64,000 bases of DNA from Promethearchaeota archaeon. GTDB lineage: Archaea; Asgardarchaeota; Lokiarchaeia; Sigyniarchaeales; SOKP01. Below, one piece after another: positions 60,928 to 64,000 of the stretch (its first letter is position 1; each line of letters begins with the position of its first letter). Both the position numbers and the translations under genes were made by a program. The notes below the pieces were generated by a model. That model was not told where the DNA came from. It made no database searches and saw nothing but the letters and a program-made list of their open reading frames with translations. The stretch is from the NCBI GenBank assembly GCA_016840165.1, contig JAEOSU010000051.1, positions 32,001 to 96,000 of the forward strand, read 5' to 3'.

Positions 60928-61748
60928 TGAGTATAACTATTGATGATTTAAAAGAGATGGGACAGAGAGTATACAATAAAGTTCATCCTATACTAGGAAA
61001 ACCATCAGCAGCAAAAAAATCGACCAAAGGAGCGGGTGGGGACATGACGATGTATATAGATACACTCGCAGAAAATACAATAATCGAGTATCTAAAAGAA
61101 TCTGGTTTTAACCTTTTGTTAATTAGCGAGGAAGTTGGAGAGCAATTTATCGGAACTCGTGAGGAGGCCATTAAAAATAAGAGGGTTCTTATAGTGGATC
61201 CTATTGATGGTTCAAATAATTCAGTAAGAGGTATCCCATATTGCTCCGTTTCTATTGCTTATGCAGAAGGTACTCATATGAGAGATATTGTAAAATCTGT
61301 TATCGTAAACCTAAATACTAAGGATTTTTACTGGGCAGAAAAAGGGATGGGAGCATTTATGAATGATCAAAAAATTCACGTTTCAGAGTTAGGAACGTCA
61401 GATAAACCCTTTTTTGAAATTAATATCTCTCCACATAATATTGAAAAAAAATTGATTTTCTTGAATCCAATTATATCAAAATTTCATAGGATTCGAATAT
61501 TAGGAAGCACTGCATTGTCGTTATGTCTGGTTGCGAGCGGTAATATGGAAGCATTCATTAATTTGAGAAAAAGTAATCGTCTTGTGGACACTGCTGCTGG
61601 ATATTTAATATTAAAAGAAGCTGGTGGTAAATTTTTCTCATTTGAAGGTACTGAAGTTGATTTAGAGTTAGCAATCGATAAAAGATTTGCATTTATCGCA
61701 TGCAATGCCCAAATGGAACATTTTCTTAAGCAAAACCTGACGGACTAA
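60927..61748 (+). CDS. Bifunctional inositol monophosphatase/FBPase (archaeal type)
   Basis: GAGGD.T..ID..AE, ISEE, VDPIDGSNN, RILGS, DTAAG.LI.KEAGG. Confidence 0.92.
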   Translation: MSITIDDLKEMGQRVYNKVHPILGKPSAAKKSTKGAGGDMTMYIDTLAENTIIEYLKESGFNLLLISEEVGEQFIGTREEAIKNKRVLIVDPIDGSNNSVRGIPYCSVSIAYAEGTHMRDIVKSVIVNLNTKDFYWAEKGMGAFMNDQKIHVSELGTSDKPFFEINISPHNIEKKLIFLNPIISKFHRIRILGSTALSLCLVASGNMEAFINLRKSNRLVDTAAGYLILKEAGGKFFSFEGTEVDLELAIDKRFAFIACNAQMEHFLKQNLTD

Positions 61749-61782
61749 AATGATGAATAAAAATTTACTGGTATTTAATTAA

Positions 61783-62379
61783 ATGGAACACTTAAAAAGA
61801 ATTCAAAGGGATTTCTTTTCACGCGACACTATAACTGTTGCCCGGGAATTACTAGGAAAATATCTTATAAGAATTGAAAATCATCATAATTTAATTGGAA
61901 AGATTATTGAAGTTGAGGCTTATTTAGGTTCAAATGATAAAGCATGCCACAGTTATAATTTTCGTAAGACACCAAGAACAGAAGCTATGTATAAGAAACC
62001 AGGTACATTATATGTATATTTAATCTATGGGATGTATCATTGTTTAAATGTTATTACTGAACCTGAAGGAATACCGTGTGCAGTACTCATTAGGAAACTA
62101 TATCCCATTAAGGGTATAGAACTAATGAAAGAAAGAAGAAATGTGAAGATTGGGAAAAATTTTAAAAATCTTATTGATGGTCCGGGAAAGCTCTGCATGG
62201 CAATGGATATCACTAGAAAAAAATTTAATAGTAGAGATTCATGTTCAGAAGATTCAGAACTTTTTTTCGCCCTAGAAGAGCCTATAAATAGTGAAAAGAT
62301 CTTAAGGGGGAAACGAATTGGTATTGAATATGCTGAAGAAGATAAGGATCAGTTATTACGATTTTGGGTTGAAGTTTAA
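61783..62379 (+). CDS. mpg: 3-methyladenine DNA glycosylase (MPG/AAG family)
   Basis: VARELLGK, IIEVEAY, YVYLIYGMY.CLN, AVLIR, GPGKLC, RIGI. Confidence 0.93.
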   Translation: MEHLKRIQRDFFSRDTITVARELLGKYLIRIENHHNLIGKIIEVEAYLGSNDKACHSYNFRKTPRTEAMYKKPGTLYVYLIYGMYHCLNVITEPEGIPCAVLIRKLYPIKGIELMKERRNVKIGKNFKNLIDGPGKLCMAMDITRKKFNSRDSCSEDSELFFALEEPINSEKILRGKRIGIEYAEEDKDQLLRFWVEV

Positions 62380-62536
62380 TTAAATAAAAATTTTGTTTAC
62401 TATTGTGTAGATCATACTTTTCTTTTTAACAGAAATGACCATAATTATATGCAATTTATTGTAATAATCAATACTACTAATTAGTAGAAAATAATTATTT
62501 GATTTTACAATTGAAATTCTCTAAATACTGGTAAAA

Positions 62537-62998
62537 ATGGATAAAGATGCTTTAAAATTTTTTCATGCTTATATCAATGAAATGATTGAGGTTGGGGGAG
62601 AGAATCTCCCGAGAGCCGTATCAACAAAACTGGGTTCTAAATTAGGTGAATTATACAAAAAGCGCGGTTGGAATACTACAATTGAAGCCGCATTAAAAAG
62701 AAGTTATAAAGTATTAGGAGCAACTCCCACTATTAGAAAATTAGATGAATCTACCTATGAAGTATCTATAAAACATTCCAAAAAATTTTGTCCAATAGGT
62801 GGGAAAAGTAATCCTTCTCAAGCAACTATCATTCAAGATAACATCTGCTATCCCTATACTAAAAGCTTTTTAATAACTATGTTCCCTAAATATGAATTTC
62901 ATGCGAACATTAATCGGTGTATATTAGCAGATAATGACAGATATTGTAAATATACACTTAAAGTCTCAGATAAAAATAATCAAGCTAAAAAACTCTAA
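62537..62998 (+). CDS. MetOD1/V4R-like small ligand-binding domain protein
   Basis: FCPIGG…C.PYT..F…RCI…C.Y Cys pattern. Confidence 0.55.
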   Translation: MDKDALKFFHAYINEMIEVGGENLPRAVSTKLGSKLGELYKKRGWNTTIEAALKRSYKVLGATPTIRKLDESTYEVSIKHSKKFCPIGGKSNPSQATIIQDNICYPYTKSFLITMFPKYEFHANINRCILADNDRYCKYTLKVSDKNNQAKKL

Positions 62999-63060
62999 AT
63001 TTATTCTTATTTCTCTTTACTTTTTATCATTAATTTTAAATTAGATCCGTAATTATTCAA

Positions 63061-63362
63061 TCTCGGACAAGTTGGGCAACGTCTGAAGTCCCTTGCTGGA
63101 CGGACCGCAAAATGCTCATAGCGGAAATTGCCTGGTTTCAGGTTTCATGAGTTATTGCCATCCATTATTATATCCTGTCGAAGCGTCGGCTACATAGGCG
63201 GGTCGCAGAGTAGTACCTTTTGTAGGAAAGGTATAAGCTCATAATGCCAAACCCGGTCAGGCCAGGGATGGAGCAACCGTAAGACTAGTGGTTCGCGCTT
63301 TGTAGTGTCAGGCGTGGAGGGATATGATATCAATGAGCTTGGTGATAGTATTGAACCCGAGA
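63061..63362 (+). ncRNA. ffs: Archaeal SRP (7S) RNA
   Basis: Termini pair (TCTCGG…CCGAGA, about 300 nt); Alu-like helices 3/4; helix 6 TACCTTTT-GTAG-GAAAGGTA (GNAR loop); helix 8 GGTCAGGCCA-GGGA-TGGAGCAACC with the SRP54 motif. Confidence 0.9.
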
Positions 63363-63412
63363 ATCAGGTTTTTTATCTAACTTCTTTTTATTTCTTATAT
63401 CCAAGATTTTAC

Positions 63413-64000
63413 TCAAAAAGATGATAAATAGCGGTAAATATTTATTGCTAAATATTTAAAAATATACTTTAGGTTTCCACTATGAGAAAGGATTATTTTA
63501 AAATAGGGGGCATTCATATAATTAGAAATTTCTAATATCTTATGCAGTTTTATTCTTTCTTTCTCATGAACATCATTTTTAATCCCAAGTAGTATATGTG
63601 GAATTTTTTGTAATCCGTAGTTTATAACATTTTTATTCCAGAATTTTAATTTTGAAAAGCTACTAGGAATGGATAAATTAAATGTAAAAATAACACCATT
63701 TGCACCATTGAAGTAAGGGCGATGAAGCATGGAAAATTGAGGTTGACCTGCTACATCCCAAAACATTAGATTTGCAACAGTGTTTTCATCCAGATTAATT
63801 GGTTCCTTAAGAATATTCACTCCTACAGTTGACAAATATCTTTCCTTAAATTGATTTTTAGCAAACTTAGTAAGAAGACTTGTTTTACCAACTGCGGGAT
63901 CCGCGATCACGATAACTTTATAGATTGCTTCGGTTCTCCCCTGAAATACAATATTACTATTTAGTAACTGCATCAATTTCAAGAAGATAGATTTAGCTCT
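63413..64000 (-). CDS. Degenerate Rab-like small GTPase domain, N-terminally truncated by the window edge
   Basis: ADPAVGKTS, TVGVN, WDVAGQ, YFNGA, G4 IKND, no SAK; frame open to base 64000. Confidence 0.8.
   Translation of the reverse strand, partial: RAKSIFLKLMQLLNSNIVFQGRTEAIYKVIVIADPAVGKTSLLTKFAKNQFKERYLSTVGVNILKEPINLDENTVANLMFWDVAGQPQFSMLHRPYFNGANGVIFTFNLSIPSSFSKLKFWNKNVINYGLQKIPHILLGIKNDVHEKERIKLHKILEISNYMNAPYFKIILSHSGNLKYIFKYLAINIYRYLSSF

Noticed and set aside
693-61705. Many short antisense or overlapping ORFs in the track (e.g. 4533..4730, 5992..6318, 15395..15868, 24522..24926, 31986..32336, 49534..50019)
   Set aside because: They lie wholly or largely opposite or inside well-supported genes and have no recognisable motifs; treated as shadow ORFs.
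63061-63362. GC-rich non-coding island considered as a novel ncRNA, tRNA or RNase P RNA
   Set aside because: Helix 6 and helix 8 signatures, terminal pairing and length identify it as the ordinary archaeal SRP RNA.

Overview
AT-rich archaeal chromosomal window, very probably from a Lokiarchaeia/Promethearchaeia (Asgard) genome. This assignment is inferred from the Rab-like small GTPases, a longin-like protein, a Loki-type LRR-associated domain, a C-terminally anchored surface protein and an archaeal 7S SRP RNA. Main contents: carAB; a large phosphate locus (PAP2 phosphatase, two DUF47, divergent PiT, AbrB-PhoU regulator, pstS, fused pstCA, pstB, phoU) with a recurrent CTATATAG-like upstream motif; a heterodimeric ABC exporter; a dispersed nitrogen/glutamate cluster (glnA, FMN glutamate-synthase-family gene, guaA, nfnAB/sudBA, two gdh); and housekeeping genes (rpsJ, SRP RNA, MPG, IMPase). 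The most notable observations are three. (1) Two paralogous uncharacterised small Cys proteins (CxxC, two YxWN[C/S] motifs, C-terminal L-x-YE) each sit directly upstream of a core N-assimilation gene, glnA and glutamate synthase; the latter is also preceded by a small wHTH gene, making this a candidate undescribed nitrogen-regulatory system. (2) An unannotated 45-codon ORF has an in-frame TGA in a C-T-G-U (CxxU) motif, a candidate small selenoprotein. (3) A Bud23/WBSCR22-like rRNA methyltransferase. No CRISPR array, tRNA, rRNA or transposase was recognised. All calls come from reading motifs by eye; no searches were run.
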